A DNA stretch of 64,000 nt from Moniliella sp. 'wahieum' (lineage: Eukaryota), in assembly GCA_003971905.1 (NCBI GenBank), contig RSEE01000016.1, positions 124,001 through 188,000 of the forward strand, written 5' to 3'. Positions 36,337 through 50,136 of this stretch are shown in pieces. The notes beneath the pieces are model-generated. The model was not told the DNA's origin, searched no databases, and saw only the letters and a list, made by a program, of their open reading frames with translations. Both the position numbers and the translations under genes were made by a program. Every line of letters starts with the position of its first letter. The first letter of the stretch is position 1.

Positions 36337-37338
36337 CGCCCGAGGACGGAGGACCAGTGTTTATGCTCGCCACGAGGGAGATCTGCAGGGTCCCTCGGTT
36401 GCTCATGTGCCGCATCTTGTTGTCCCCCACTCTGTACCGTATTGTTGCCCCCTCTCGCCTCTCATCCGTACTTTTGACTATGGGAACTATGCTCATAATG
36501 CTATTTGAGTTTCTCTGATATAAGTTCGGGCTCTTCCTGGTGTTGGTTCTCCATGGCCGGCTGACATCCACCATTAGGTGGTCAACGCAGGCTTTGCCCT
36601 ATTTTCTATCTAGATGCAGTTTCAGAAAGGGGGAAACAAATGTCATTGAAAAGCGTCCTTGCTACAACAGATAAATGCTTGTGGCTTGTGTTCTCATCGT
36701 CAACAACGAAAACCTTCAAGCTTCAGTCCCGAACAACTCTTCTTTCTAGCCTTTCCAACAATCGAAAACTGCTTGTAATGCGATGTTATTTCTTGTCTTG
36801 GCGCCACCCCATCCTCTGGAGCAGTTGGGCTCTTCTCAGAATGCAACACGTCGCTCTTTTTTTTTCATGCCTCCCGCCCTCGGTTACGATAACGTCGCTT
36901 TCTTTTATGCATCGCGGTTCCTGATGGGTCCCGTTTCCCTAGGTCCTGACCAAATTGATCATACAGAATCGAGACATGCAAGTGAGGGGAAGGGAAAAGT
37001 GTACAGATGCCGTTTGGACAAGATGGGCTCGTCGGCCATTGACGAGGAGAGGGAGGTGAAAGGCCTGAGGGCAAAATCCGGGGATAGGTGAAGCCGTTGG
37101 GAAGGAAAAATGGAGTTGTAGGCATATGTGTATGGGCACAGGAACGTCTTGAAAGCTGCCCCCTCCCCACTCCCGGCATGGTAGATGAGGAGGAGAGGTG
37201 ACATGAGGAGAGAAACATTGGGGAGAAACCCAGGTGTCGAAAACCGAAAAATACGGAAACAAAACGTACACCATCTCCGTTGCGTGTGTATAGCAGAGAT
37301 GAGGCTCACACAATCCACGAGGGGCGAGATACCGGCTT

Positions 37339-38844
37339 CTAATTTGGGCGGCGCCCTGGAGGAGGTGCGCCGTTGGATGCCGCATCATATTCAAAGACGG
37401 GAAGGACGAGGGGGGGGTGTGGCCCCCGTTCCCAGATGAATGGGTTGCAAGGCAACGGCGCGCAGGCGATCGTTGGCGGGCCGCCCCTAGTTTGATTATG
37501 TGGCTGGCTCGGGCCCAATGGAGGGGGCGGGGAACCTGATTCAACAGAAGCGCGTGTCCGATGCTGGCCAATCGAAGTTAGCGTGGGCACCTCGAACGAT
37601 TCTACCGATGTCGTATGCCCCCGGGAACGAGTCAACCTCCCGTGGCTCCGCACCCGGCCATCCGAGCCGCCTGCTGCGGAAAAGCCAAGGGTGCGGTAGG
37701 TCGGACCTTCCCAGCTGGACCGGTGGGGCTGTTGAAAGCCTCGTCCGTTCGGATCCACCTCAGACCGCTGTCCTGTAGGGAAACCTCCGGTAGCCAGCTG
37801 CTGGCTGAGCCAGTACTGGTACATAAAGACTTGAGACGGATCCAATCCACTTCGCAACCCAAGCTGAGCTCGTTGGATGGCTTCAGAGTCATACGCGCCA
37901 CGAAACATCCTGCCTGTGTTGTTGTCGAACACAAGAGGAGGGTTAGCCAGCCCTCAGCACAGCTACGGCAAAAGAAATGGGTGCGGTCGACTCACCCTCT
38001 CGTGTCCGCGAAGCGAACCGGGCGGGAGCGGAAGAGGGCCGGGTTGGTCTGTGTCTTCGGTGAGCGAGAGCTGAACCGAGATGCACTTCCCTCTCATGCA
38101 AGCCCGTCAATCGCCGTGATCGCTGCCTCCGCCTCGGCGGGTGTGGCCATCGTGACAAACCCAAACCCGCGGGACTCGGTTGTGCCCTGATGATAAACAA
38201 CGTTGGCATGAAGTAAGTACCGTCATTTGTGCGTTTATTGCACCACCACCACCCCAGCTGCCCGTTTAGCGCACTCGGCAGCTTCACAGCACGAATATAC
38301 AAGCACACTTCTCGCAGAGGGGATGTAGGTGAGAAATACGTACTGTCCATAAGGTTCGAACATAGTGGCCAAACCCTGGTGGTCAATGTGGCTGGGTAAG
38401 CAACGGATATAGAGTGCATTGCCTGGATTGCGCTCATCTGCCTCGCCGTCGTAGCGTCTCCTGGGGGGAGAAGTGGGTGCGGTTGTGTGCAGAGTAGTCA
38501 CGCTCGGCGCGCTCTGAACGTGGGGCACGAGGCAGCGGGCTCCGACTCGACTCCGGCCGTCTCTGCCGTGAGGCCCATTGGCCCCGATCCAAGTCCATGT
38601 CCAGCTCAGAGCTGGTTTCGCGATGGAGGGTGGGCATTACCCCTATTGAGGGAATCGCTCGATGTAGAACGGCGGCGGCGGCGATGGACATGACCTTCCG
38701 GGTCATCAGATCCACTGTTGGTCCAACGAGGGTCGTCCTGTTGAGGGGACTGAGAGGCGGGAGGGGAAGAGTGGTCAAGACGGACCGAGTCAGAGCGGAG
38801 GACCAGCGAGAGCTGTTGTCGTAGTCATGATGGTTGTCAAACAT
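37339..38844 (-). CDS. RRM RNA-binding protein (Tra2/SR-related), with introns
   Basis: Arg/Ser-rich N-terminus; NPGNALYIRCLP (RNP2); ESRGFGFVTM (RNP1) followed by AEAEAAITAIDG. Confidence 0.7.
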
Positions 38845-40126
38845 GGTGCGGGGAGAGAGTTGGGACGGAGAAGTAGAGGTGCTTGTTCGTCGCTGAGAGC
38901 GTCGCTGGGCGGGTGGGCATGACGAACTGGGGTCGAGGTAGGGATGGGGAAGGGGGGCAGGAGATGAAGGGTAGGGAATAGGCAAGCAGAACACGTGTCA
39001 GTGCATGCAAGAGCAGATGAGACGCGGAGGGTTGCGTGGAGAGGCGGTGCGAGGCAGAGAAGAAGAGAGAGACACACGGGCAGTAGCAGCCGCCATGGTG
39101 GGGCCTGTGAGGACGGGACGAGAGAGGAGGATAGAAGAGACAGCCGAAGCAGAATGGGGTGGTGGTGGGAGAGAAGGGGATGGACAGCCCCGTCGGGGGT
39201 CTGGGGGGTTGGGGCGGGAATGTGTGGGTTTTAGGTTGGTGGCTAGTACGGTGGATGATGCATGATGCATGATATATTGAGCAAGATGCTTGCCGCCTGC
39301 ACGCACTGCACCCCTGTGCTCAGAGTACGTGCAGCGGCCGACCCCCCGACAGCTCCTGGCGGCGCAGCAGCCAGCAGCAGGCCGCCGCTTAGCGCCGCTT
39401 AGCAGCCGGACCGGGGTTCGTGGGTTTTGGGTTGTGGCGACAGGTGGGGACCAGAGGACGACCAGGGGTCTATAATCGATCTAACATCCATCCCTATCAG
39501 CGCATATCAGCCCTCAAATCCAACATTCAACGTCGCTCACCGTCAAGATTCAATCCCACGTATAACAGTGGCAACAGCAAACAAGCGACCTGGATTGCTT
39601 CTCCCTCTTCGCACACGCATTTTAAAGGTGCAGAGCGCAGACTACGTATACATACCACCCGCTGTTTTGCCTACTTATACTTATCTGGATCCACGATGCG
39701 CAGGCATCAGCGCTCAGCAGTGCCCTGCCTGCCCAGCACCATCCTCCCGGCATTACCGGTTACCTAGGTCCTATACTTACCCCAGTACTTGACAGCGTCG
39801 ACAGCTTCACCGCGTCTTCTCGCTTCAATTCAAGTACCAGTGTGGAGCAAGCGGCAGTGAGACGTGACTGCGACGTCCTCACGTGTGACATGTGATGCAT
39901 GGCCAAATTACAATCATGATTTCGATGTCTCGGATTGTCACAAACATCACCTGCTCTCCACGCCACAATCTGCCCCACACTCCTCTCCCCATGAGTGCAT
40001 GAGCCACTTCCTCAGCCTCCCAGCCCATTCCGCTGGCCCATTCCGCGCTGAGCACCGCGCACAGACACGTTGCAGCAACCCGAATATAACCCCCCCTCCA
40101 TCACCATCTCCTCCTCCGCTGGCTTC

Positions 40127-40674
40127 ATGGACGCCTGGCGCAAAATCGACATCGACCAATGGGACGAGGACCGCGTGCTCGAGGCGGAGCTCGCACCCAC
40201 CGATCCGCGTTCGGCCGCCGAGGTGCTCTCTGCTGTGCGCCAAGCTGGCCAGCAGGCCCGCTCCCTCATCTCGAGCGGCGATCAGCCGGGTGCCCTGGCT
40301 GCGCTCCTCGCTGAGCCACCATATGGCCCCGATGTCGAAGTGGGCGAGGCAAAACAGCTTGTTCTCGCCTCGCTTCTCGAGGTGCTCAATTCGACTCGAT
40401 CCACTGAAATTGCCAAAACCATCGCCTCCCTCGACTTGGACCAACACGACCTGCTCATGGCATATCTTTACAAGGGTCTCGCCCACCCAGAGAATGGCGC
40501 ATCGGCAGTACTCCTCCAATGGCATGAGAAGGTACGTTGATCCAGCCCTGTGCGGCCGCGCCTTGTTGTACGAATGTTCTGCGCCCTAACCTGTTCTATC
40601 TTTCCTGTAAGCTTACCGAGGTTGCTGGCGCTGGCAGCATTGTTCGCGTCATGACTGATCGTCGGAACCTTTAA
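40127..40674 (+). CDS. ARC15: Arp2/3 complex subunit 5, intron about 40532-40611
   Basis: WRKIDIDQWDED, EPPYG, DLLMAYLYKGL, VLLQWHEK | LTEVAGAGSIVRVMTDRR. Confidence 0.95.
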
Positions 40675-41624
40675 TGTAACAATGGTGCGCTCATCCTCTT
40701 GGGTCATGGACTCGTTTTTCAACATGTCAACCCAGAATTATTGAAATGCACTGATATCTAGCAGCTCATCGACTTTGGCGTTGCCTTTCCGTTGCCCTCC
40801 TCGGCTAGGCACAGTGGAACATCTGATCCCACTTTTCTCAGGCCCCTAATTTTGTGAACCAGAGCCTGGTCGGCGTGCCTTTGTAAACGGCGATGGAGCT
40901 TTGTCTCTATTCAATATCCAAGGCCTCATGAGCACAGGTCGTTAGGCTTGCTTTCTCTCCAAGCTCCCCCCTTCGTTTCCCTTGGTCCCCGCCAACGCCA
41001 GCGCTGATACTACGGCACCCCCTTGATATGATAACTGCACTCCCCCTTCTCGGGGCTTGCAGTTGCATGCATCCATTCGAGCCAAGCACAAGACATGGCT
41101 TGCATTGCAGTTGAGTGCTGGCTAGTCCTTGGCAGACCGTCAAGGGTTGAGCTTGTGGGCGCAAAGGGGCTTCAAAACCCGTTGAAGCATCTGAAGTCAC
41201 CCTTCTATATAGCTCCCCACAAGTCCCTTGTTTTGGTCTTATCCCTTGCCGTGAGCGCGCTAGGTTGAGGCCTGAGGCTCAATTCAACCCACAGGCGTGA
41301 GCTTCCCTCTGGCCTGATCGATCTGATCGCCTATACTATTCAGGATGCAGGACGCCCTGAGCTGGCAGTCACACAATGACATTGCTTGAATGCCCTTTCT
41401 GTCGGTCTATATATCCCCCTGGCCCATAGGTACTCCGCCGAGGTTTAAGACAAAGGCATCCAGTCTTCAGAGGCTAAAAGCGGAGAGGCGTCTGAACGCC
41501 TGAATTATGAGGGACAGGAACCAGCCACTATAGATTCAGGCGTGAGCGCCTGCTCCAGGCCTCGGGCCCATAGGAGATCTGGATATAAATGAGCTTAATG
41601 AGCGAAGCGGCATGATCTGTGGGG

Positions 41625-42310
41625 AACTCAGATCACTCAGATCTCAGATGATACACATCAGGTACCGTTATCATGCACATGTGCATGACTTCACATTATA
41701 CTCACTCTCTCTATAGTGAGACTCTAGTGCATGATGTATGACGCGTGACGCGTGACGTTAGATTATCTCGACTATCGGCCGCTAGCAAAAGAGTTGACAG
41801 GGGTTGGCTCTGCGCCCACGCACCTGTAGGTAACGCAGGAGTGCTGTGGGAAGGTAGTGGTCGATGGGTCAAACGAAGCTGGGGGAGAGGAACCTTCGGC
41901 ATCTGGTCGCCAGCTCAAGCAGCACAAGCTCTGGCCCAGGCACTACTGTCACATAGTGTCACGCGTCACGCGTCACGCGTCACGCGTCACGCGGCATTAC
42001 ACTATGGATCACAAAGTCACGGAAAGTCACGCATGTCACATCGCGTCACCGATCTCAGCGCCTCAGTAGTTAACTAGTAAGGACCAGGTCTTGCAGCGTG
42101 AGAAGTAGGTTCCGTTGAACGTTGGAACGCGGATGAATCGATGACTACAATCCAAGGATGGGGAGCGGGTATTCTCGGTGTACTCAATCGTGGGAGTTGT
42201 GCGTGATTCGTGTCCAGATTCCCGGTTGGAGACGAGAGGACCAGCCAGGGTCGTCGCTCACGCGTCACGCATGAACGACCTCTGAGATCTGAGATTGAGC
42301 GGCTCAGCGC
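41625..42310. repeat. TRA + palindrome heptamer cluster upstream of GH32
   Basis: TGACGCG x2 at 41739; TCACGCG x5 at 41959-41993; TCAGATC/TGAGATC units. Confidence 0.85.
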
Positions 42311-42530
42311 AGAGCGGCTGCAGCTTGGTGCAGGCATCGCTACACTGGCGCCATGCCGGTTCCGAAATAGCGCTGCCGGTTAAATTTTAAAGTATGCCCG
42401 TGCCAACAGTGGCGCAGCGTTGGCTTGTAGCCGACGGGATCGGCTGTGCGAGCCAGCAGCAGCCCGCGGGGCGGGAACAGCGCTTTCATGATGAATTCAA
42501 GCCTGTACTTGTTCCACCACCCTCTCTCAC

Positions 42531-44607
42531 ATGGCCACCCGCTCGCCCGACCCACGATTTTCGGATCAGGCCTTGGCCGAAGCTGCAGACCGACTGGAAA
42601 ACGCGCCCCTATTTCATGCCCATCGCCCAGGTGTGTCGCACGTGTGCCGATGAACCCCGTAATACACCTTCGCGTCGCATCAAGCCGACTGACATTTTTC
42701 GTGTTCGTTCACCTGTCTGTCATCTCAGGTGCCCACGTCATCGCTCCCTTTGGTTGGCTCAATGACCCTACTGGTCTCGCCCTTCTTCCTGATCCTCACA
42801 CCCGCACGCCCACCTGGCACCTGTACTACCAGTTCAACCCGCTCTCTTCCGACTGGGGCAACGTCAGCTGGGGCCATATCCAGTCCACCGATCTGGTGCA
42901 TTGGACGCCACCTCCGCCCCCCCATCCCTTTCCACGCGTACCAGCCTTGTCCTTAACTCCCTCGCGAGGTGGGCCCGCAGCAGAGGGGGTATTCAGTGGC
43001 TGTGTGCGTCCTTGGCCCCAGGTCGGCGGAGACGAGCAGGACACTGGGCTCGCTTGCCTTTACACTGCTGTGTCCGCCTGCCTCTGCACTGGAGTTTGCC
43101 CTACCGTCGTGGGACCGAGAAGCTGGCATTGGCCACGACCGCGGACGGTAGCCACCTCCCCTTGCTGTCCTCCTTTCTGGCCCGCCGAGCATCTGGACGT
43201 GACAGCATGGCGAGATCCCTTTGAGGCGGCGTGGCCGGCACTCCGTTCCTTGTTGGGCCAAGGTGGCGCTTTGCCCCAATCCGATCGGTTTGGCCTCTTA
43301 GCTGGTGGTCTACAGAAAAAGGGTCCCTGTCTTTTCCTCTACAGCCTGCCGGTGCATTCGACGGGCGCGCCCGACTACCGTCAGCCCTGGGCATACGAAG
43401 GATTGGCACTCCATTTGCCTTTGCACACGTCTCTGGGCGCCTATTCGGCCGACCTGGGAACCAACTGGGAAACGTCCGGCGTGCTGCGCTTCCCTACCCC
43501 GGGGCCATCCGGTTCCAACGAGACGGCCTACATTCTGCTCGGCGTCGAGGGCAGTTGTGCCTTGCGACGCGATGGCAAGCCGTGTCAAAATCCTTCTCGG
43601 ACCAGCGGGAACGCGCGCTGGATCGCTGTTCGTCTTCTCTCCCAGCCGCCTTCCGACCCACACGCCTCCCTCCTGACCCCCCTCGCCTCAGCCGCGCTGG
43701 ACTATGGCTCGTTCTATGCCCCCCACAGCCGGGGGGGCAGGAAGACGCAGCGAGCAAGTTGATTTGGGGGTGGGTGACCGAAGACAGTTTGACCGCCTCG
43801 GGCCGTGCGGCTCAGGGATGGGCAGGGTGCTTGTCGGTACCGAGGGATGTGATGCACCAAACCATCTCGGGCGTCGCTGGCAGTCTCTTCCCCGTCCCGC
43901 TGCAGCAGACCGGCTTGGTCTGGACCGACGCGGACGACTTGGGTACGGTCCATTTGCTCGGTACGCGGCCATCTCAGGTAGTTTGGCCCCAGTTGCTCAC
44001 CGAGGCGGCGGTCTACCTGACTCACCCCGATCCCATTGCCCTCCCCGCGCCCACGCACGAACACACCACCCACCAGGTGCCCCTCGTGCCCCATGCCCCG
44101 CCCGAGTTGGGCGTAACATGGGCGGTGCGGACGCGGATCGTGTTACCTGTCTCGCCCAGGGCGCGGGTGGGCATCGTGATTAAGCACCATGGGATGGGCA
44201 GTCGAGCTGGCTCTGGATCAAGGAAGGAAGAGATGGCCGAAGGACAGACCGTGGTGTATTTCGACCCGCTTGCTTCCCACTTGGTTGTCGACCGAAGTGC
44301 GTCGCATGCGCATCTGGTTGACGGGGAGGGGAAGCAAGTGGAAGTGGACAGGACCGAGGACTGGGGTCCTCTTCCCCTGTTTTACCGTCCTGCCTTGGGC
44401 CCGGCGCCCGAGGCGATCGAGCTGAGCCTCTTTTTTGACGGCAGCGTGCTGGAAGTGTTTGCCAACGATCGGTTTGCGTTGACCAGCCGCATTTACCCTG
44501 CCACCACCCACCATTCCCTCTGGGCTTTGTGCACGCCAGCCCCGGCCCTGGCACAACAATGGTCCTCGGCCCAACCGAGGTGTTTGCCAAGTTACCGCGC
44601 ACCGTGA
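42531..44607 (+). CDS. glycoside hydrolase family 32 (invertase/beta-fructofuranosidase-like), intron about 42630-42728
   Basis: WLNDPTG, HLYYQFNP, WGH..STDLVHW, FSGC, WRDPF, NWET, WAGCLSVPR and FDGSVLEVFANDRFALTSRIYP motifs. Confidence 0.92.
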
Positions 44608-45446
44608 CAGCCGCCTAATCGAGCCTGAGTCTCCGTGGGCATATGCCTCATGCAGAGGCATGCGTGTTATGCCATGCCATTCCGACTGCCCAGCCTCACA
44701 GCACCCAGCAAAGGCCATGCCACACACATCCTGGTATGTGCCTTCGTGCGCGTTGGAGCAAGGCGGGAGGCAAGGTGCGAGGCTCGGTGGCAGGGAGTCG
44801 GGGGGGGGGGTAGATGCTTGAATCGTACTGAACGCTGAGCTTCCTCAACTAGACACCCGGCGCTAGCGAATGGCGGCGTCACGTTGCAACCAATCTGGCC
44901 AGCGTGCAATCCAAGCTCCCCTGTTCAAAGCGCACTGCACGCGCACTGAACGCGCACGCAAAGCAGGCAAAGACAAATCAATGCATTTGCATCCTGCCAG
45001 GCCTCCTCGCAGCATGGGTGGGGCCGACATCCAGCCATGACAAAACAGCGCGCGAGGCTAGAAGAAAACAGTTAGACCAGGGGAACAGGACAGCGCTGAG
45101 ACCGGGAATCGCACATAGGTCCGACGCCTACCTGGTGACTCGGGCCCATTCCGCACAAGCGCCACGCAAAACCGGTGCAAGGCAAGGCAAAATACTAGAA
45201 CGACGGCGAACAGGCGGTGAAACAGCCGGAGAGGCGTCGGGGGATCGGATGGACGAAAGAGTTTCAACAGCCATCAACGTTCAACACCAGGAAAGGTATA
45301 TGGGTACAACCGGCCGTGAACGGTGCATGGAAGGCGCCATAATCATTAATCATAGTGGGCAGGCTGGTCCGGCAACAGGAACAGCTCCCAGGCGGAGTGA
45401 AGTGGGCGGGGGGAAAGAGAAGAGCAGGCGGCAACCCACACGGGTG

Positions 45447-47248
45447 TCATGCTTCGCTAGGTAGGTGAATTGGGGTCAGTTCGTAGTCCAGCGCCTCCTT
45501 TTGTGCTGTCTCGGCAACGAGCATTCGTCCAAGTGTAATTAAATGGGCCGGACCATCGGCCCCGTCGGGCGGGGGGAAGAGAGGACCGGTACCGCCCCGG
45601 CGGACCACACGGTCCAAGCGAAAGCCCGAACTGGACTCGATCGAATCCAAGCAGCTTGGATCGAGAGCGAGCGTGTGGGCAGAAGCATGGCGTGGGTCCA
45701 CATGGGGGTGCCCAAGGCCGACCAGGTGTGAGGAAAGTGAGTCTGGACCGAGGTGGGGGTGAGCAGAGCACGGGCCTTGTTTTCCAACTTTCTGGCTTCC
45801 TCCATTTTGCCCAATGCGTTGGCAAGGTGCGAGGCAAACAAGGTCAGGTCCCCACTGGTTTTGCCAGAGCAGGCTTTTTGGTCAAGTACCGCGTCACCCA
45901 TTCCATATAGGCCGCTCGAAGCAGCGTGATCCGAGCCCGCAGCATCATCATGAGCGCATCAAAGGCCTGGGCCCAGGGACGAGGACGCTTGCGCAGCTGC
46001 TGCATCGCATGAAAGAAGAGGGAGAGCTGCTCCCACTCGGCAGCGCCTCGTGCATCGGTCGACCGTTCCAGCGGGAGTGTCATGGGCACTTCCACTCAGC
46101 CCCCGGACCGGAGAAGAGGAAGGTTCCGAAGGACAGCGCAAGCGTTGATCCCGGGCCCAGGAAGCATATGCGTACAGCAAAAAGCTGTCGGCCAGCATCA
46201 GCGCGACAGTATCCCACTTCTGCCATTCAGGCCACTGGGCGAGCTGACCAATGCATCGGCTCGCTTCTTGACACTGTGCGCTGTTTCGCGGTAGTGGGTG
46301 TACAAGTCCTGGCACATTGGTCCCGTCCATCGTGAAGCAGAGGAACGAAGCGCGGGGTGGGATTGTTTGCTAGCCCGTTGTAACGCCAAGTCTGAACGTA
46401 ATCCGCCATCCTGCGAGGGGGGGGACTTGGTCTTCCGCTCACCCTTTCTGGACTCTGTTTTACCCTGAACCTTGCGCGGCTGGCCTGGGGCCCGTTCGCG
46501 AGCCGGCGTCTCCGACGTTTCTCGCCTCTCCGATCCTGGTGAGGAGGTCCCCTTGGTACTTCCTTGGACCGATCTGAACCGAGCGGCGACCGACGCAGGT
46601 GAGGAAGAGGTGTGACGCTTCCAGCCGACATGGCCTTGTCTCCTCTCTGAGATGGGAGAGAGATGCGGTTGGCTGCGGATCGGTTGGCAGGGGCGTTGGA
46701 TTGGGTCGAAGGCTTGGGATCGGCCTCGGGCTCTCCTCGTCCGGCGCCGTTCTGTTCATCGGGGCGGAGGGAGAGCGATGGTCCCTAGATCCTCCCACAG
46801 GCCGTGGCGGGCGCCGATGAGAAGAAACCGAGCGTGTGCTGGATGCGGCGCTGGCAGATGGATGCCGCAGAGGCGGGGGGATGAGGGGGAGCTTGTTGAG
46901 CGCCTAGGGGGGTGTGCAAAAAAAAAACACACATACACACAAGTCAGTTGAATCGGGAGGGGGTCAAGGACCAGAACGCATCAGTGCTCCCGAGTGGCAG
47001 CTGAAAGGGCAACGTACATGCAAGCCGGTCCGCATGCGTTCCAGGTGGTGGGCTAGGTGGGCATGGGACTTGGGCGTGGGCGAGAGAAGACGCGGGGCCG
47101 CTTGGTGGGGCAGCGGGAGGGAGGGCGGCCGAGGCGGGGCGACGGGCTGGGGCAGGGAGGGGGGCGGAGGAGGCGGCTGACGCTGAGCTGGGCGAGGGCG
47201 TGGGGGCCGGACGGATGCGCGATGAAAGCTGGGCAAGGGGGCCTCCAT
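45447..47248 (-). CDS. protein with low-complexity N-terminus and helical C-terminal domain resembling Ebp1/AFF-CHD
   Basis: YRETAHSVKKRADAL, LADSFLLYAYASWARD, AEWEQLSLF and HFPHTW pattern. Family call is by recollected resemblance only. Confidence 0.45.
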
Positions 47249-48030
47249 GGCGGGGGGGGGGGTGAGGGGGCGGAAGAGGAGGAGATGCAAGGTGCTGATG
47301 AAAAGCAGCGGGTGAGGCTGGGTTAGATGGGGGCGGCGAGGCTGCGCTGGTGCTGGATGTGATGCATGACAGGCAGCTGGGCCAGAGACACGGGGTGGTG
47401 ATCGCAGGCATCCCACCGCATCCCACCTGGCTGCGATGGAGATCTGAGGGCACTGGGATGCAGAGGCGCAGAAGCGCTGCTGCTCGCTCATCACCCGCTG
47501 CTCCGGCTCAGCGGCACCCTGTGGCCATTTCATTTCAGTAGCCACTGGGCCACCGCACGAAGACACCGTCGGCCGTCTGCGGCCCCGCTGCGACGAATGG
47601 GGCAAGTGCTGAGCACGCCCTCCCGCTCGCAGGTCATGTGACCAGCGACCCCCCGGCCCGACGGTGACTGGCCGCTGACATGGACGTGCATGTGACAAGC
47701 CAAGTGGCTCTAGTGACTTGGGCCGGTGCGGTGCTGCAGCCTGGTTCCTGCTGCGGCTGTCAGCGCTCAGCGCCAGCGGCCACCGGTCACCGGTCATCCA
47801 GCGCCGCTTAACCCCCCCGCAGCCGGCATGCTTATGTCAGCGCCGCCGCCCCCCGCTCCACTCGGCTCGGCTGGAGGACTACTTGGCCTCCCTGCAGGCC
47901 GCAGCTGGGCAGACAGCAGGGGGGCAGCGCCGCAGCGCACGCGAGCGCCTGGCAATATATATCCGCCTCCTTTGCCTCCTCCTCCTCCGCCTCTCCTCCG
48001 CCTCTGCTCCCACCCACCCCGCGCTTCGGC

Positions 48031-49591
48031 ATGCGCCGCCCCGCCTCCGCACCAGCGCTGCTGGCACTGTGCTGCCTCCTCCCCCCTGCCACCAGCCTCC
48101 TGCCCACCGCCCACGCGCTCGTCATCAACGCCTCCCTCTCCGCCCTCCCCGCCCGCCTCCAGCTTGCGCCCGGCCAGGAGCCTCCGCTGCGGGTGTACAA
48201 CCCATTCTCCTCCCACCTTCACGCCTCCTCCCTCTGCCCCCGACCCCCACACACACCCCCCCCCCTCCTACACCCCCGATAGCCCCTCTCCATTCCTTCC
48301 TCACCCAACACCCACGACGGCCGCCCCCCCCCCTCCGCCTACAACGCCCCCCCCTCCGCCCCATCTTCGCCCGCCCCTTCGCCCACCAGCCTCTGGGTCC
48401 CCCGATCTGTTCACCCCGCTTCAAGTCGCGGTCTATCAAGCGGATGTGCAGGTATGTTAGGTCGCCTATGGCATATGCCTTTCGAGGCCTCTTCCGCTTT
48501 TCCCAAATTGAGAATGCATACAGAGCTGATGATATCCTCGTCTCTTCCCCTCCCCTTTTCTACCTCTTCTCCCACAGGTGGCAGCCTTTACCTATGCCCT
48601 CAACACCTTCCCGGATGTGAACTGGTCTGGGGCTGGCGTGGACGACACGGGTCTTGTTCAGCTGGGGTGGATGGCCGAAACGTCTCAAGCACACCGTACC
48701 TTGCTCGCCAACCAGCTCGAGCAACTTGGTGGGCCTGTGCCGGCGCCGTGCAACTACACTTGGCAGTTCCAAACCGTTTTCGATTTTGTGGATTATATGA
48801 TCATCAATCTCCAAAACGGGATCGGCGGCCTGCTCGGCTCGGTGCAGGCGGGCGGGACGTGCGACGTGGGTCCTCTGGCGGCCACGATTGCGGCAGGGAC
48901 GAACGGTATGGTGCAGATTCTGCGCCAGTTTCGTGGGTTGTGGCCCAACCCTGTCGTCGTTCCTCCCTGCTTCCCCTCGCTTACCACTGGGGGCTGGCTT
49001 CGCGCGACATTGCTTCCTGTCCTCTGGGCAACCCAGCCCCGAATCTCCCCATTTACCCTAGCTTGGTTGTCAGCAACATGCCAACCTACCATACTAGCCC
49101 CCGGCCATCAACACTCTTGATTTTCCTAGTCTCACCGTCCCCAACTCCACGGTCATTGAGCTCTCCTGGCTTCCCGACTCGGTGCAGGGTGCGTGTGACA
49201 TGTCCCCTCTATGTTGAACGTTGATGACACCTCAGTTTTGTTTTGCTTTCTTTTCTTTTCTTCTGACGGCCGATTTGACTGTTTGTTCGCAGGTCCTTTC
49301 AACGCCTCCACTGGCACTTCCATCTCGGCGCCAACCCATGCCCTCTTCATTTCGCAATCGGTTGTGCTCACTACACCTCTTCTGTCCGTCGATGTGACGA
49401 ACAAAACGGCAACGGTGATTCAGCCGTTGGACCTCGAGGTGGGCGATCATCTGTTTCAACAACTGGTCCCCGCGGTGAACGGGACCATGTACATTGCCTT
49501 GGTGGGCGATGGTTCAAGCTACTCGCCGTACAACTTGACTTTGGTCGGTGGCTCGACATTTGCCGGACCGACTGCCTATCGGGCTGGGTAG
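48031..49591 (+). CDS. secreted Rds1-like ferritin-fold protein, with introns
   Basis: Signal peptide; AHRTLLANQL....PAPCNYTW; AVNGTMYIAL; C-terminal AGPTAYRAG. Confidence 0.7.
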
Positions 49592-50136
49592 ATGACGGAC
49601 GGATCTGGTCACCTCGATCCTGTTTCGTCCCACATACACTCTTCCCACATATTCTCCATAGCCCGTTTTTTCGGTACCGCTGTGTACCGTTTTTCATCGT
49701 CCACCGTCCATCTCTTCCCGTCCCACCGGCCTGGGATCCGCTCCCTGCCTCCCCCTGCGCCTCATGTGCACCTGCACTCGAAATGTGGGATGGACCTGAT
49801 GGGTGGACCCGCATCCAGGCCCAGGTTACTTTTGGACAATCCCTCATTAGAAAGGGTAGTATATGCCACTCTCCATGGCGGTTTGTTTTTATTGGCTTGA
49901 TTGAATAGCTACGTTACTTGAGACCTTTCTTTGGAACCTCCTTCTTTGCCTGTCCCTCCGTCCGTAGGGGCGTACGGATGCACCGCGCCACCCACCCACA
50001 TGATCTTTCCTTTCTCTCCGCTTGGTCTCGTTTGGGCAGAGAGAAACAAAGGAGAGAGGGGAGGGGCGCGGAGGCATAGGCATTTTCCACGCATCCACCC
50101 AACGGGAAGAGATAGAGATAGAGATAGAGAGATAGA

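Noticed and set aside
41959..41993. Heptamer arrays as CRISPR, telomere repeats or synthetic polylinker
   Set aside because: No spacers, not TTAGGG-like, and dispersed and degenerate in many native intergenic regions. The restriction-site look follows from the palindromes.
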